DNA of 64,000 nt from Escherichia phage vB_Eco_F27. Shown piece after piece: positions 28,642 through 39,915 of the stretch (positions are counted from its first letter, which is position 1; every line of letters starts with the position of its first letter). The stretch is from the sequence record OP870146.1; one strand, given 5' to 3'. Under the pieces are notes generated by a model. It worked only from the letters and a program-made list of their open reading frames with translations. It did not search any database and was not told the DNA's origin. The translations under genes and the position numbers were made by a program.

Positions 28642-29212
28642 AAAAGTTTCGGATTTGTTCCCAATTCAGAGAACGAAGATTATTACGAGAGTACTGAATT
28701 ACTTCAATACCGGCTTGTTTTAGAATGTCTGCCCAATTTTCAGGAGATCTGTCATATAATTCTGCGTATACAACCTTTTTAATACCTGACTGCGTAATAG
28801 CTTTAGTGCAATCAGGACATGGAGAAAGTGTCGTATACAACGTAGCACCTTCAATAGAATTACCTTTACGAGCTGCAAACAAAATTGCATTCAATTCCGC
28901 ATGGATTTCGTTATTAGCAGACCATGCACTATGAGCAGCCCGATGTTCTTTAGCCAAAACAAAATTATCCACCCGTCCAAATGCTGTAGTGCCTTCTTTA
29001 GGCCCAGCAACGATGACCGGGCTTGGTTTATTCTTCAACCAACCGTTTTCGGATGCATGTTCGCAACAGTTTGTACCACCTGAAGGAGAGCCATTATAAC
29101 CTGTAGAAATAATGCGTCCATCTTTTTCAATGACGGCACCAACTTTCCATGAACAACATTTTGATTCTTGAGAAATCAAATAAGCAATTTGAAGATATGT
29201 GCTAGCTTTCAT
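28631..29212 (-). CDS. cd: dCMP deaminase
   Basis: ORF track 193 aa; zinc deaminase motifs HAE...PCxxC. Confidence 0.9.
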   Translation of the reverse strand: MKASTYLQIAYLISQESKCCSWKVGAVIEKDGRIISTGYNGSPSGGTNCCEHASENGWLKNKPSPVIVAGPKEGTTAFGRVDNFVLAKEHRAAHSAWSANNEIHAELNAILFAARKGNSIEGATLYTTLSPCPDCTKAITQSGIKKVVYAELYDRSPENWADILKQAGIEVIQYSRNNLRSLNWEQIRNFCGE

Positions 29213-30204
29213 TATTGAACCTTATTAATATAAGTTAACAGCTCTTTAGTTTGTTCCCAACTGATGCACGCATCGGTAACGGAAACGCCATAGGACATAT
29301 TATCAGAAATTTTTTGATTTCCTTCATGTAGGAATGATTCTATCATAATTCCTTTGACCAAATCATTAGCTGCTAAATTTTTACCAATACCAATTTGATT
29401 GCTATAATGCCCAGCAGCGTTTGCATGGCTACAGTCAACCATTACATAATGATTCAGACCTACTGCACTTGCTTTGTTAGAAGCTTCTTGAATATCAGAA
29501 GAATGATAGTTCGGGCCGTTAGTCCCGCCACGCAATACGATATGCGTATTCTGATTACCTTCAGCTTCAACAATGCCTACAGTACCATCGACGTCCATAC
29601 CCATATACCGATGAGGCCAGGCGGCACTATACATCGCGTCTGTAGCTACTTTAATAGAACCATTGGTTGCGTTCTTGAAGCCTACGCACATCGGTAGACC
29701 TGAAGCAATTTCACGATGTGTCTGACTTTCAGTCGTACGGGCGCCAATAGCAACCCATGAGAAAATACCAGAAAGATACTTAATCGTGAATGGGTCTAAT
29801 ACTTCAGTTGCTAATGGAAGTCCCATACGTAGAAGTTTACGACACAATGTTCGTGCAACTATAAGACCGTGGTTCATATCAAAACTTCCATCAAGATATG
29901 GATCATTTACAAGACCTTTCCAACCTACGGTAGTTCGAGGCTTTTCAAAATAAACGCGCATCACTAACAGAACATTAGGAAGACGAGTTTGAAGTTCAGC
30001 CAGACGTTTGCCGTATTCAACAGCAGCAATAGGGTCATGAATTGAACAAGGACCTACAACAATAAGTTTGCGTGGGTCTTCACCGTTCATAATCGAATTA
30101 ACTTGTTCGCGATGAGAAGCCACTTGTGATGCGTAAGCTTCCGACAAAGGAATAATCTCAGCCAGTTCTTTTGGAGAAATAAGTTTTCCGACGACAGGTA
30201 ACAT
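29212..30204 (-). CDS. 3-deoxy-D-arabino-heptulosonate-7-phosphate (DAHP) synthase, AroG/F/H-like class I
   Basis: ORF track 330 aa; signature blocks LIVVGPCSIHDP, KPRTTVGWKG, GARTTESQ, CSHANA, ESFLHEGNQ, TDACISWE align with E. coli AroG catalytic/metal residues; ATGA coupling to cd. Confidence 0.85.
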   Translation of the reverse strand: MLPVVGKLISPKELAEIIPLSEAYASQVASHREQVNSIMNGEDPRKLIVVGPCSIHDPIAAVEYGKRLAELQTRLPNVLLVMRVYFEKPRTTVGWKGLVNDPYLDGSFDMNHGLIVARTLCRKLLRMGLPLATEVLDPFTIKYLSGIFSWVAIGARTTESQTHREIASGLPMCVGFKNATNGSIKVATDAMYSAAWPHRYMGMDVDGTVGIVEAEGNQNTHIVLRGGTNGPNYHSSDIQEASNKASAVGLNHYVMVDCSHANAAGHYSNQIGIGKNLAANDLVKGIMIESFLHEGNQKISDNMSYGVSVTDACISWEQTKELLTYINKVQ

Positions 30205-30324
30205 AACAATCCTTAGGAGATATAAACAGATTCTGATTCAACAATACCTTTAACCGGATTAGACAGGCTAAGTTGGTAGTGCTCAGATTTATGACCATTC
30301 TCGATAGTAATGAGATAGCTCTCA

Positions 30325-30561
30325 TTATAGTGTTCCATATACTCGAGTTGCTTCAACTAAACCGTCACTGCCTAATTTAAGGCTAGTAATCTGGTCACCA
30401 TCTTTAGGATTAACAATTATGAGAAAAGAACGTGGAGATTCTTGAATAACTCGTAATGTTGCATCCTGGAAACGTTCAGACACTTTATTGATGAGTGCTT
30501 GAGCAAATTCTTTTACTTTAATCTGAAATTCGTGTACTGTAATTGGGTTTTCACTTAGCAT
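30325..30561 (-). CDS. hypothetical protein (cd.x position)
   Basis: ORF track 78 aa; early-type promoter 30590-30619. Confidence 0.45.
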   Translation of the reverse strand: MLSENPITVHEFQIKVKEFAQALINKVSERFQDATLRVIQESPRSFLIIVNPKDGDQITSLKLGSDGLVEATRVYGTL

Positions 30562-30589
30562 TTCTATTTCCTCATTTGTTGGTAGAGTT

Positions 30590-30619
30590 ATAGTATCACA
30601 ACTCCACCATGTTGTAAAC
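30590..30619 (-). promoter_or_regulatory. T4 early-type promoter
   Basis: GTTTACaacatggtggagttgtgaTACTAT on minus strand. Confidence 0.5.
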
Positions 30620-30621
30620 CA

Positions 30622-30897
30622 TTAAATTGCTTTGCATTCAATTTTTTGTGTACCGAAATTGATATCACATTGGATAACTAAATCGCCGTCAAGATCAAAT
30701 ACCACTATGACGTGCGCAGACCCAGGAAGAAGAGTAATAGCAATAGAATCTACTTGGTCTGGGAGCAAAGCATTGAGTACATGAGTTACTTGAGCATGAA
30801 CTCTGAGTTCGGCTGCATTATCAAGCACTTCAAACATATTATTAGCAATAATCTGACTGAAGACTACCTTTACAATTTCAGAATAAGTTGGGAACAT
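30622..30897 (-). CDS. hypothetical protein (cd.x position)
   Basis: ORF track 91 aa. Confidence 0.45.
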   Translation of the reverse strand: MFPTYSEIVKVVFSQIIANNMFEVLDNAAELRVHAQVTHVLNALLPDQVDSIAITLLPGSAHVIVVFDLDGDLVIQCDINFGTQKIECKAI

Positions 30898-30904
30898 AAT
30901 TACC

Positions 30905-31129
30905 TCAATGCACAGTATTTACTTTAACTCGAACAACAAATCGCTCGGTTGGTTCACCTACAGGAACAAACTCTACATGATATTCACCTTTGTAACGAGT
31001 ATTCAGATCATTACGAATTCCTGCGAGTTTGTTGATTAATGTAGGACTCATATTAAGTCCCACTAGTTTACGAAGCATTTTGTATGCTTCGTCTTCGATT
31101 TCATGATGTTTATCGTACATAGTTTTCAT
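30905..31129 (-). CDS. hypothetical protein (cd.x position)
   Basis: ORF track 74 aa. Confidence 0.45.
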   Translation of the reverse strand: MKTMYDKHHEIEDEAYKMLRKLVGLNMSPTLINKLAGIRNDLNTRYKGEYHVEFVPVGEPTERFVVRVKVNTVH

Positions 31130-31300
31130 TTAACCATTCAATTGCCCGGTCGACGTTATCAAATATACCGCCGTCCAAACGTTCTTCATGCTCATAGTCC
31201 AGCACATCAATACCGAACTGTCCATTTACTAAAGGCCAGGCTACAAACAAATATTCTTTATGCTGTTCGATGGCCTCAATCACTTCATATAATCGTTTCA

Positions 31301-31301
<1 letters not shown>
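31110..31301 (-). CDS. hypothetical protein (cd.x position)
   Basis: ORF track 63 aa. Confidence 0.45.
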
Positions 31302-32387
<1,086 letters not shown>

Positions 32388-32388
<1 letters not shown>

Positions 32389-32687
32389 TATTTTATTCCT
32401 AAGAAAGTTTCAAGAATACGAATGTTATGCTCGCGCCGGTCTTTATTAATTTCAGCAACGTTTTTATTAATTGACGTACTTCTAACGTTTGAAGAAATAA
32501 ATTTAATCATATGACTTTTGAGTTGTTGCAAATCCAACCCTTTTTCTTTAGCAGCTTTACGAAGAGCTTTACCTGCTTCATCTAGTGCCTTTGCTGCATC
32601 TTTGTCATAATTGACAAGTGACATTCCACGGCAGATATCAATATACTCATCAGACCGTTTGATGTAATTCTCTAGTAATGTTTTCAT
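32388..32687 (-). CDS. hypothetical protein
   Basis: ORF track 99 aa; GTTTAC-N18-TATAAT promoter 32716-32745. Confidence 0.5.
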
Positions 32688-32715
32688 TTAGATTTCCTCA
32701 ATTATCCATAGGAGC

Positions 32716-32745
32716 ATTATACTCTGCTCCCGAGAGTTTGTAAAC
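32716..32745 (-). promoter_or_regulatory. T4 early-type promoter
   Basis: GTTTACaaactctcgggagcagagTATAAT on minus strand. Confidence 0.55.
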
Positions 32746-32969
32746 TATTTTACTAAAGATTCAATATACTCATGAAGAGCTTTAGTCGCTACTGCCCACT
32801 TATTCTGATATTCATTTTTCAGATTAGCACGAGACTGAACTAACAAGCGGTCATTAGTCGGAGGCAAAGATTCTAATCGTTGAATCTGGCGTCCATAAAT
32901 CATAGCCGCCATTTCAGATTCATAGATAAGCCCTTTAATGTATTCGTGCTGTTCTTTAGTCATTGGCAT
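32745..32969 (-). CDS. hypothetical protein
   Basis: ORF track 74 aa. Confidence 0.45.
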   Translation of the reverse strand: MPMTKEQHEYIKGLIYESEMAAMIYGRQIQRLESLPPTNDRLLVQSRANLKNEYQNKWAVATKALHEYIESLVK

Positions 32970-33250
32970 TTTTCCTCTTTTAAACTACTACGATAATAAC
33001 ATAACATAGTCTTCTGGTCATGTACATATCTTTTTACGTCGTTTAACCAGATACGAAATTCTTGAGAGTCTTCAAATGGCATTCCAACCCACGGATTACC
33101 ATCAATAACCTTTACTTGCCATTTCTGGTTATATTCAACAATAGATTCAGGCCATGGTGGATGTAAAGTTTCTTTAGGGCTTAAGAGCACATCCTGGGCA
33201 CATCCAGCCAAAATGCCAATAGATAATACAACTGCGGTTAATTTAATCAT
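32960..33250 (-). CDS. outer-membrane spanin subunit (lipoprotein), pseT.2-like
   Basis: ORF track 96 aa; signal peptide with lipobox LAGC; ATGA-coupled downstream of a membrane-anchored coiled-coil protein. Confidence 0.6.
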   Translation of the reverse strand: MIKLTAVVLSIGILAGCAQDVLLSPKETLHPPWPESIVEYNQKWQVKVIDGNPWVGMPFEDSQEFRIWLNDVKRYVHDQKTMLCYYRSSLKEEKCQ

Positions 33251-33603
33251 TCTGAGAGCTTCCTGAGGTCTTCTGCAAAGGAATCGAAGGACCTGTTGAT
33301 TTGTTTTTCGACCAATCCTGGTTTACTTGCCACCACGTTCTTCTTCTTCGAATCCTTACGGAGCTTTTCATTTTCGGCCTTAAGTTGGTCAACTAAAACA
33401 CGGTTCTTATAAGTCATTTCTTCGATTGACTGATATTGAACCTTGAAGTCGTCTAATACTTTAGCATTGTTTTTAGCGGTCTCTTTGACAGAAGCTAATT
33501 CAGTATTCAACGAATCAACTTTGTTGTTTAAGACAACTATTGTTACCGTAGAAACTAGAGCAAAAGCTGCTACTATAGCATAAATCGGATTTACTTTAAG
33601 CAT
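33247..33603 (-). CDS. inner-membrane spanin subunit, pseT.3-like
   Basis: ORF track 118 aa; N-terminal TM helix followed by coiled coil. Confidence 0.6.
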   Translation of the reverse strand: MLKVNPIYAIVAAFALVSTVTIVVLNNKVDSLNTELASVKETAKNNAKVLDDFKVQYQSIEEMTYKNRVLVDQLKAENEKLRKDSKKKNVVASKPGLVEKQINRSFDSFAEDLRKLSE

Positions 33604-34091
33604 GTTTTAATAATCTCAATGATTTCATCTCGGGATAATCCGTTGATAAGAACGGTTTTCAAACCATCACACTGGATTTTGTACGATTCAAACAATACAC
33701 ACAACTCTTCTGCTGTATGATACGGACTTGAAATTCCGAGGCGGTTGAATTTGTCGGTAAGAGGGTCGCAAATAATGTAGAATTTTATACCAGCGATATG
33801 TACGTTTGGTTGACTAATATTAATGAACACATTAGCGTCATATTTAGTCAAATTGTTTTGAAGAAATTCTACCATGGCATTAACTGCTTCCGGCATCGCT
33901 TCGCGTTTCTCTTCAGCGTATCGGGTGGAATACTCTTTTTGTTTTACTTTCTTTTTAAGATTTTTGGCCAGTGTAACACGTAGGTCAGTAAGATAACCAA
34001 CTGGACGTCCTTTCTTAAAGACCCGGATTCCGTCAGTTGTGTCTCCAAAAGCGGTTACGACCATATCGTTAGTAATCAATTGCATATTCAT
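33591..34091 (-). CDS. alc: Alc-like protein (host transcription terminator on dC-DNA), by position
   Basis: ORF track frame; start placed at MNMQLITND with GAGGAG RBS; 166 aa; sits between spanins and rnlA as alc does in T4; early promoter 34122-34151. Confidence 0.5.
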   Translation of the reverse strand: MNMQLITNDMVVTAFGDTTDGIRVFKKGRPVGYLTDLRVTLAKNLKKKVKQKEYSTRYAEEKREAMPEAVNAMVEFLQNNLTKYDANVFINISQPNVHIAGIKFYIICDPLTDKFNRLGISSPYHTAEELCVLFESYKIQCDGLKTVLINGLSRDEIIEIIKTCLK

Positions 34092-34121
34092 AATTTTCTC
34101 CTCGTGTTGTTGATAAAAGCC

Positions 34122-34151
34122 ATAGTAACACCTTCCTTGGTGTTTGTAAAC
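34122..34151 (-). promoter_or_regulatory. T4 early-type promoter (alc)
   Basis: GTTTACaaacaccaaggaaggtgtTACTAT on minus strand. Confidence 0.5.
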
Positions 34152-34153
34152 CA

Positions 34154-35287
<1,134 letters not shown>

Positions 35288-35304
35288 TCAGTTAGTTTTT
35301 TTAA

Positions 35305-35334
35305 ATTGTACCACAATCCTTGTGGTATGTAAAC
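35305..35334 (-). promoter_or_regulatory. T4 early-type promoter (rnlA)
   Basis: GTTTACataccacaaggattgtggTACAAT on minus strand. Confidence 0.5.
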
Positions 35335-35744
35335 TACTTTTTCTTATGTTGGATATTCCAAGGCGGGTTGAACTTTTTGATAAAAAGTGGTTCTTCAAGA
35401 TCCATTGTTGCGATGGTCATTGAACCGAGTTCATTGGTGACTGAAAGGTCAAAACATTGGCGGGCCCAGAATTCAACCTTTTTGCCTTGCATTAAGGCAT
35501 CCAAAATCATAAGTGATTTTCTTGAATCTGAAGTCTGGTCTTTTCGATTTATGGCTGTTCGATAATAGTTAATGCGTTTCTTTAAATTCTTGGTTTTACC
35601 AATATACACAAGTTCGTCATCTATAGCAATAGCGTATATGACATTTTTCTTATTAGGGACATCAACTGTTTTAATTGTTGCATCTTCTAATAGCTCCAAT
35701 TCTGTATATTTAATAAAGGAATATTCGGCGGCAATATCTTTCAT
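35334..35744 (-). CDS. denA: endonuclease II (GIY-YIG)
   Basis: ORF track 136 aa; translation (MKDIAAEYSFIKYTELEL...VIYAIAIDDELVYIGKTKNLKKRINYYR...) recognised as T4 EndoII. Confidence 0.9.
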   Translation of the reverse strand: MKDIAAEYSFIKYTELELLEDATIKTVDVPNKKNVIYAIAIDDELVYIGKTKNLKKRINYYRTAINRKDQTSDSRKSLMILDALMQGKKVEFWARQCFDLSVTNELGSMTIATMDLEEPLFIKKFNPPWNIQHKKK

Positions 35745-35770
35745 AATAAAGTGGGACCGAAGTCCCGTCC

Positions 35771-36949
35771 TTAGAAATATTTTTTGTATGAATTGATTAC
35801 ATTTTGGTCTACATCATTATCAATTTGTGCGACAAGATAAGAGCTGATTTCAACTTCCTGAGGAGCTGCTTGAACTAAATCGGAGTTCAGATATTCACGA
35901 ATCCAAGGATACGGATGCTTGGTCGGAGCATCAGTGATTGGGCATGGCAAACCACACTGTTTCATACGAGACACAGTCAAGTAATCAACAAAAGCACACA
36001 TACTCTGTGTATTGATACCTGGGCATGTACCGTCTTTAAAGAGGTGTGCAGCCCATTCCTTCTCTTGACTATTTACTTCCATAAAAATGTCAACTGCTTC
36101 TTGTTCACATTCTTTAGCAATTTGAACCCACTCATCGCCATCAGTACCAGATTGAAGTTGACGGATAATGTACTGAGTACCCTTGAGGTGGAGTTGTTCG
36201 TCACGAGCAATGAACTTCATAATCTTTGCATTACCTTCCATAATTTCCATATTTTTATGGAAGTTGAAAGTACATGCAAATGATACGTAAAAACGAATAG
36301 CTTCTAAGGCGTTGATAACATGCAAACAGAGGTAAAGAGATTTCATTAGCTCACGCTTCCAATATGTCTCATGCTCAATAGCATCTTCAATAACGTCTTC
36401 GTCTGCATTAATTTCTTTTTGGTATTCGATATCAGCTTTGGCATTTTCCCAATAACGAGCTTTAACCAGAACATCATCATAATATCGTCCGATAGATTCG
36501 GCACGCTTCATAATAGCTTCATCTAATACAATCTCATCAAACACCTTCGATGGATCTGTATAAAGATTTCGCATAATATGAGTATATGAACGAGAGTGAA
36601 TAGTTTCACTGAAAGTCCATGTAGCAACCCATGTATCTAATGAAGGGTCTGAAAGCAATGACATAAGTACCGCAGATGGTGCTCTACCTTGGATAGAATC
36701 TAATAATGATTGATACTTAAGGTTGTTGGTAAAGATGTCCTGTTGGAACTGTGGAAGCTTATTAAACTGGGCCGAATCCAACATCAAGTTTACTTCCTCG
36801 GGACGCCAAAAGAACGAGAGCTGCTTTTCGATAAGCTCTTCAAAAACTTTATGACGCTGAATATCATAACGTGCGAGGCCAAGACCAGAACCAAAGAACA
36901 TCGGTTCATTCAAAACATCGACTTGTTGTGTGTTAAAAACTGTACTCAT
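35771..36949 (-). CDS. nrdB: ribonucleotide reductase small subunit
   Basis: ORF track 392 aa, uninterrupted (no intron). Confidence 0.95.
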   Translation of the reverse strand: MSTVFNTQQVDVLNEPMFFGSGLGLARYDIQRHKVFEELIEKQLSFFWRPEEVNLMLDSAQFNKLPQFQQDIFTNNLKYQSLLDSIQGRAPSAVLMSLLSDPSLDTWVATWTFSETIHSRSYTHIMRNLYTDPSKVFDEIVLDEAIMKRAESIGRYYDDVLVKARYWENAKADIEYQKEINADEDVIEDAIEHETYWKRELMKSLYLCLHVINALEAIRFYVSFACTFNFHKNMEIMEGNAKIMKFIARDEQLHLKGTQYIIRQLQSGTDGDEWVQIAKECEQEAVDIFMEVNSQEKEWAAHLFKDGTCPGINTQSMCAFVDYLTVSRMKQCGLPCPITDAPTKHPYPWIREYLNSDLVQAAPQEVEISSYLVAQIDNDVDQNVINSYKKYF

Positions 36950-37004
36950 TATATTTTCTCACTTAGTTATTAACTCATCCATGAGTAAATTATAATCAAA
37001 AGTC

Positions 37005-39260
37005 TTAAAGCTTACAAGCAGAACAATCTTCAGCTTTAGGTGTTTCTAATTCATAGTCATCTGTACCTGACCCATCACGAGTGTTATGATAGTAGAGGTT
37101 TTTTCCGCCAAAGTACCAGAAGTAAAGCAGATCGTCAAGCATTACTGACATTGGCACTTTACCTTTCTCAAATACTGCAGGGTCATAGTAAGTATTAGCA
37201 GAAGCAGATTGGCACACCCATTTCAACATGATAGCAACTTGGGTCAAATAAGGTTTATTACCTTTCTTAGCAAGTTTCCACGCATAGTCGTAAAGACTCA
37301 TGTTATGTTCGATATTAGGAACAACCTGACGGAAGTTGCCTTCTTTAGATTCTTTAATACTTACTGGACCGCGTGGGGGCTCAATCCCGTTTGTAGAGTT
37401 TGATACTTGACTGCTTGACTCACAAGGCATAAGTGCAGACAACGTTGAGTTACGAATTCCATGTTCTTTGAGTTCAGCTCGAAGTTCTTCCCAGTCACAG
37501 ACGTAGTTCGGGGCTGCGATTTGGTCAATCTTTTTATTGTACCAGTCGATAGGTAATTCGCCTCTAGACCATTTAGTGTCTGAATAATACTCGCAATATC
37601 CTTTTTCTTTGGCGAGTTTGATTGAAGCTTTGATAAGGCCATATTGCAATCTCTCAAACAATTCATGAGTCAAATCGTTAGCGTCTTCGTATGAAGCAAA
37701 GTTAGAAGCTAACCATGCAGCATAGTTCGTAACACCAACACCAAGATTACGACGCTTTTTAGCTTTTAAAGCTTCTGGAACCGGATAATCTTGATAGTCT
37801 AACAGGTTATCAAGTGCACGTACTTGTACTTCAGCAAGTTCATTAATTTTATCTTGGTCTTGCCAATCAAATTTATCTAATACAAAAGCAGATAATGTGC
37901 ATAAACCAATTTCAGCATCAGGACCATTCACATCATTAGTTGGAATAGCGATTTCACAACATAAGTTACTCTGACGAATTGGAGCTTTTTCACGAATAAA
38001 TGGAGTGTAGTTATTCGTGTTATCAACAAACTGTGGATAAATTCGAGCAGTGCCAGAACGTTCAGTCATGAACAATTCAAAGAGTTCTAGTGCTTTGATT
38101 CTTTTCTTTCTGATTGTTGGGTCTTTTTCAGCTTTCTCATAAAGCTCACGGAATTTATCTTGATCTTCAAAGAACGAGTAGTATAGTTCGCCTGACATTT
38201 CATGAGGGCTAAATAAAGTAATATAATCATTTTTACCAAGGCGTTCCATCATAAGGTCATTAATCTGAATTCCGTAGTCCATATGTCGAATACGGTTTTC
38301 ATCCACGCCTTTGTTATTTTTCAGAACTAATAGGTTCTCTACTTCTAAGTGCCACATCGGATAATACGCTGTAGCAGCACCACCACGAATACCACCTTGA
38401 GAACAAGATTTTACTGCAGTTTGGAAATGTTTCCAGAATGGAATAACACCCGTATGTCGAACTTCACCCATACCGATCTTAGAACCTTCTGCACGAAGCA
38501 TACCAACGTTGATACCAATACCAGCCCGTTTAGAAATATATTCAATAATTGATGCTGAAGTTTTGTTAATAGATTTTAACGAATCACCGGCTTCAATAAC
38601 TACACAACTAGAGAACTGGCGAGTTGGAGTACGAGCACCTGCCATAATTGGGGTTGGCAATGAAACTTGATGAGTAGAAACGGCATCATAAAAACGAATA
38701 ATATGTTTCAAACGGTCATGAGTTTCGTCTTGATGTAAGGCCATACCAATAGCCATGATAGCAAACTGTGGAGTTTCATAAATCTTCCCAGTTGTTTTAT
38801 CTTTAACTAGATATTTTTCTTTAAGCTGCATAGCACCAGCATAAGTCAGGTCAAAGTCTCGTTCATGTTTAATCTGTGAATCGAGATAAATGATTTCTTC
38901 TGCTGAATATTGAGACAACAGCTCAGGGTCATATTTGCCTTCATTAACACAATAAGAAATATGGTCGATAAAAGCAGGCGGTTCAAACTGCCCATATACA
39001 TCTTTACGAAGTGCAAACATTAGCCCTTTGGCGGCGACATACTGATAATCAGGTTCTTCGACAGAAATCGAGTTAGCTGCAACTTTAATACAAATCTTCT
39101 GAATATCTTTGGTGCTCATCCCATCGACAAGATGAGTCTTAATTTCTTCGTACAATTCATATGGGTCAATTTGTGTTCCTTCACATTGCCAAGTTAAGAC
39201 TTGAATAATTTTCTGTGCATCAAAATTTTGGGATACACCACTGCTCTTAGTTACTTGCAT
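37005..39260 (-). CDS. nrdA: ribonucleotide reductase large subunit
   Basis: ORF track 751 aa; class I RNR motifs. Confidence 0.95.
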   Translation of the reverse strand: MQVTKSSGVSQNFDAQKIIQVLTWQCEGTQIDPYELYEEIKTHLVDGMSTKDIQKICIKVAANSISVEEPDYQYVAAKGLMFALRKDVYGQFEPPAFIDHISYCVNEGKYDPELLSQYSAEEIIYLDSQIKHERDFDLTYAGAMQLKEKYLVKDKTTGKIYETPQFAIMAIGMALHQDETHDRLKHIIRFYDAVSTHQVSLPTPIMAGARTPTRQFSSCVVIEAGDSLKSINKTSASIIEYISKRAGIGINVGMLRAEGSKIGMGEVRHTGVIPFWKHFQTAVKSCSQGGIRGGAATAYYPMWHLEVENLLVLKNNKGVDENRIRHMDYGIQINDLMMERLGKNDYITLFSPHEMSGELYYSFFEDQDKFRELYEKAEKDPTIRKKRIKALELFELFMTERSGTARIYPQFVDNTNNYTPFIREKAPIRQSNLCCEIAIPTNDVNGPDAEIGLCTLSAFVLDKFDWQDQDKINELAEVQVRALDNLLDYQDYPVPEALKAKKRRNLGVGVTNYAAWLASNFASYEDANDLTHELFERLQYGLIKASIKLAKEKGYCEYYSDTKWSRGELPIDWYNKKIDQIAAPNYVCDWEELRAELKEHGIRNSTLSALMPCESSSQVSNSTNGIEPPRGPVSIKESKEGNFRQVVPNIEHNMSLYDYAWKLAKKGNKPYLTQVAIMLKWVCQSASANTYYDPAVFEKGKVPMSVMLDDLLYFWYFGGKNLYYHNTRDGSGTDDYELETPKAEDCSACKL

Positions 39261-39347
39261 ATATTCCTCAGTATAGGTTGATAGACATTACTCCAAACGG
39301 GATAGTATTTATCCCGTTAATTTATTATACACTTTTAAACTGAAGCG

Positions 39348-39602
39348 TTAATTATCCTCAGCAATAATTTCTTCATATTCTTTAGGTGTCAAGACTGTGA
39401 TATTGAAATAAACCAACGGTTCTTTTTCTATACCGAATCCACCACAGAATTCACGATATTCATAAATTCGTTCATGTGAATAACAAATGAATCGTTCACC
39501 TTTAACTGTGATTTCACTATTCGGTGAAGGGATATCTAGTTCGGTAGGATTTTTCATTTCAAAAATTGTGGTGCCATATGAATTAATAAAACGTAAAATC
39601 AT
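39348..39602 (-). CDS. hypothetical protein (nrdA.x position)
   Basis: ORF track 84 aa between td and nrdA. Confidence 0.45.
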   Translation of the reverse strand: MILRFINSYGTTIFEMKNPTELDIPSPNSEITVKGERFICYSHERIYEYREFCGGFGIEKEPLVYFNITVLTPKEYEEIIAEDN

Positions 39603-39603
39603 T

Positions 39604-39915
39604 TTATACCGCCATTTTAGCTTTGATAGCTGGATGTGATTCGTAATTTTTAAGAACGAAATCAGAATGTGTCATCGTTCCAGTAACCCAGTCCATTTGG
39701 ATTTTTGTAGGCCAATTCTCAAAATTACTAGGCCAATTAATTTCAAGAGAACATAACTCTTTAGGTTCACGACGAAGAACTTCTTTGCATTGTTCTACAT
39801 GATTGCTGTAGATATGCGTGTTGCCGCCTGAGAACACTAAATCACCTGGGATAAGGTTACACATCTTCGCTACAATATGCGTCAAGGCAGCGTACGAGGC
39901 AATGTTGAACGGCAG
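39604..39915 (-). CDS. td: thymidylate synthase, exon 2
   Basis: Translation LPFNIASYAALTHIVAKMCNLIPGDLVFSGGNTHIY... is the TS C-terminus; the ATG in the ORF track (39916-39918) is the last 3 nt of the intron. Confidence 0.9.
   Translation of the reverse strand: MPFNIASYAALTHIVAKMCNLIPGDLVFSGGNTHIYSNHVEQCKEVLRREPKELCSLEINWPSNFENWPTKIQMDWVTGTMTHSDFVLKNYESHPAIKAKMAV

Noticed and set aside
35915-36283. 122-aa plus-strand ORF inside nrdB
   Set aside because: Antisense to ribonucleotide reductase small subunit
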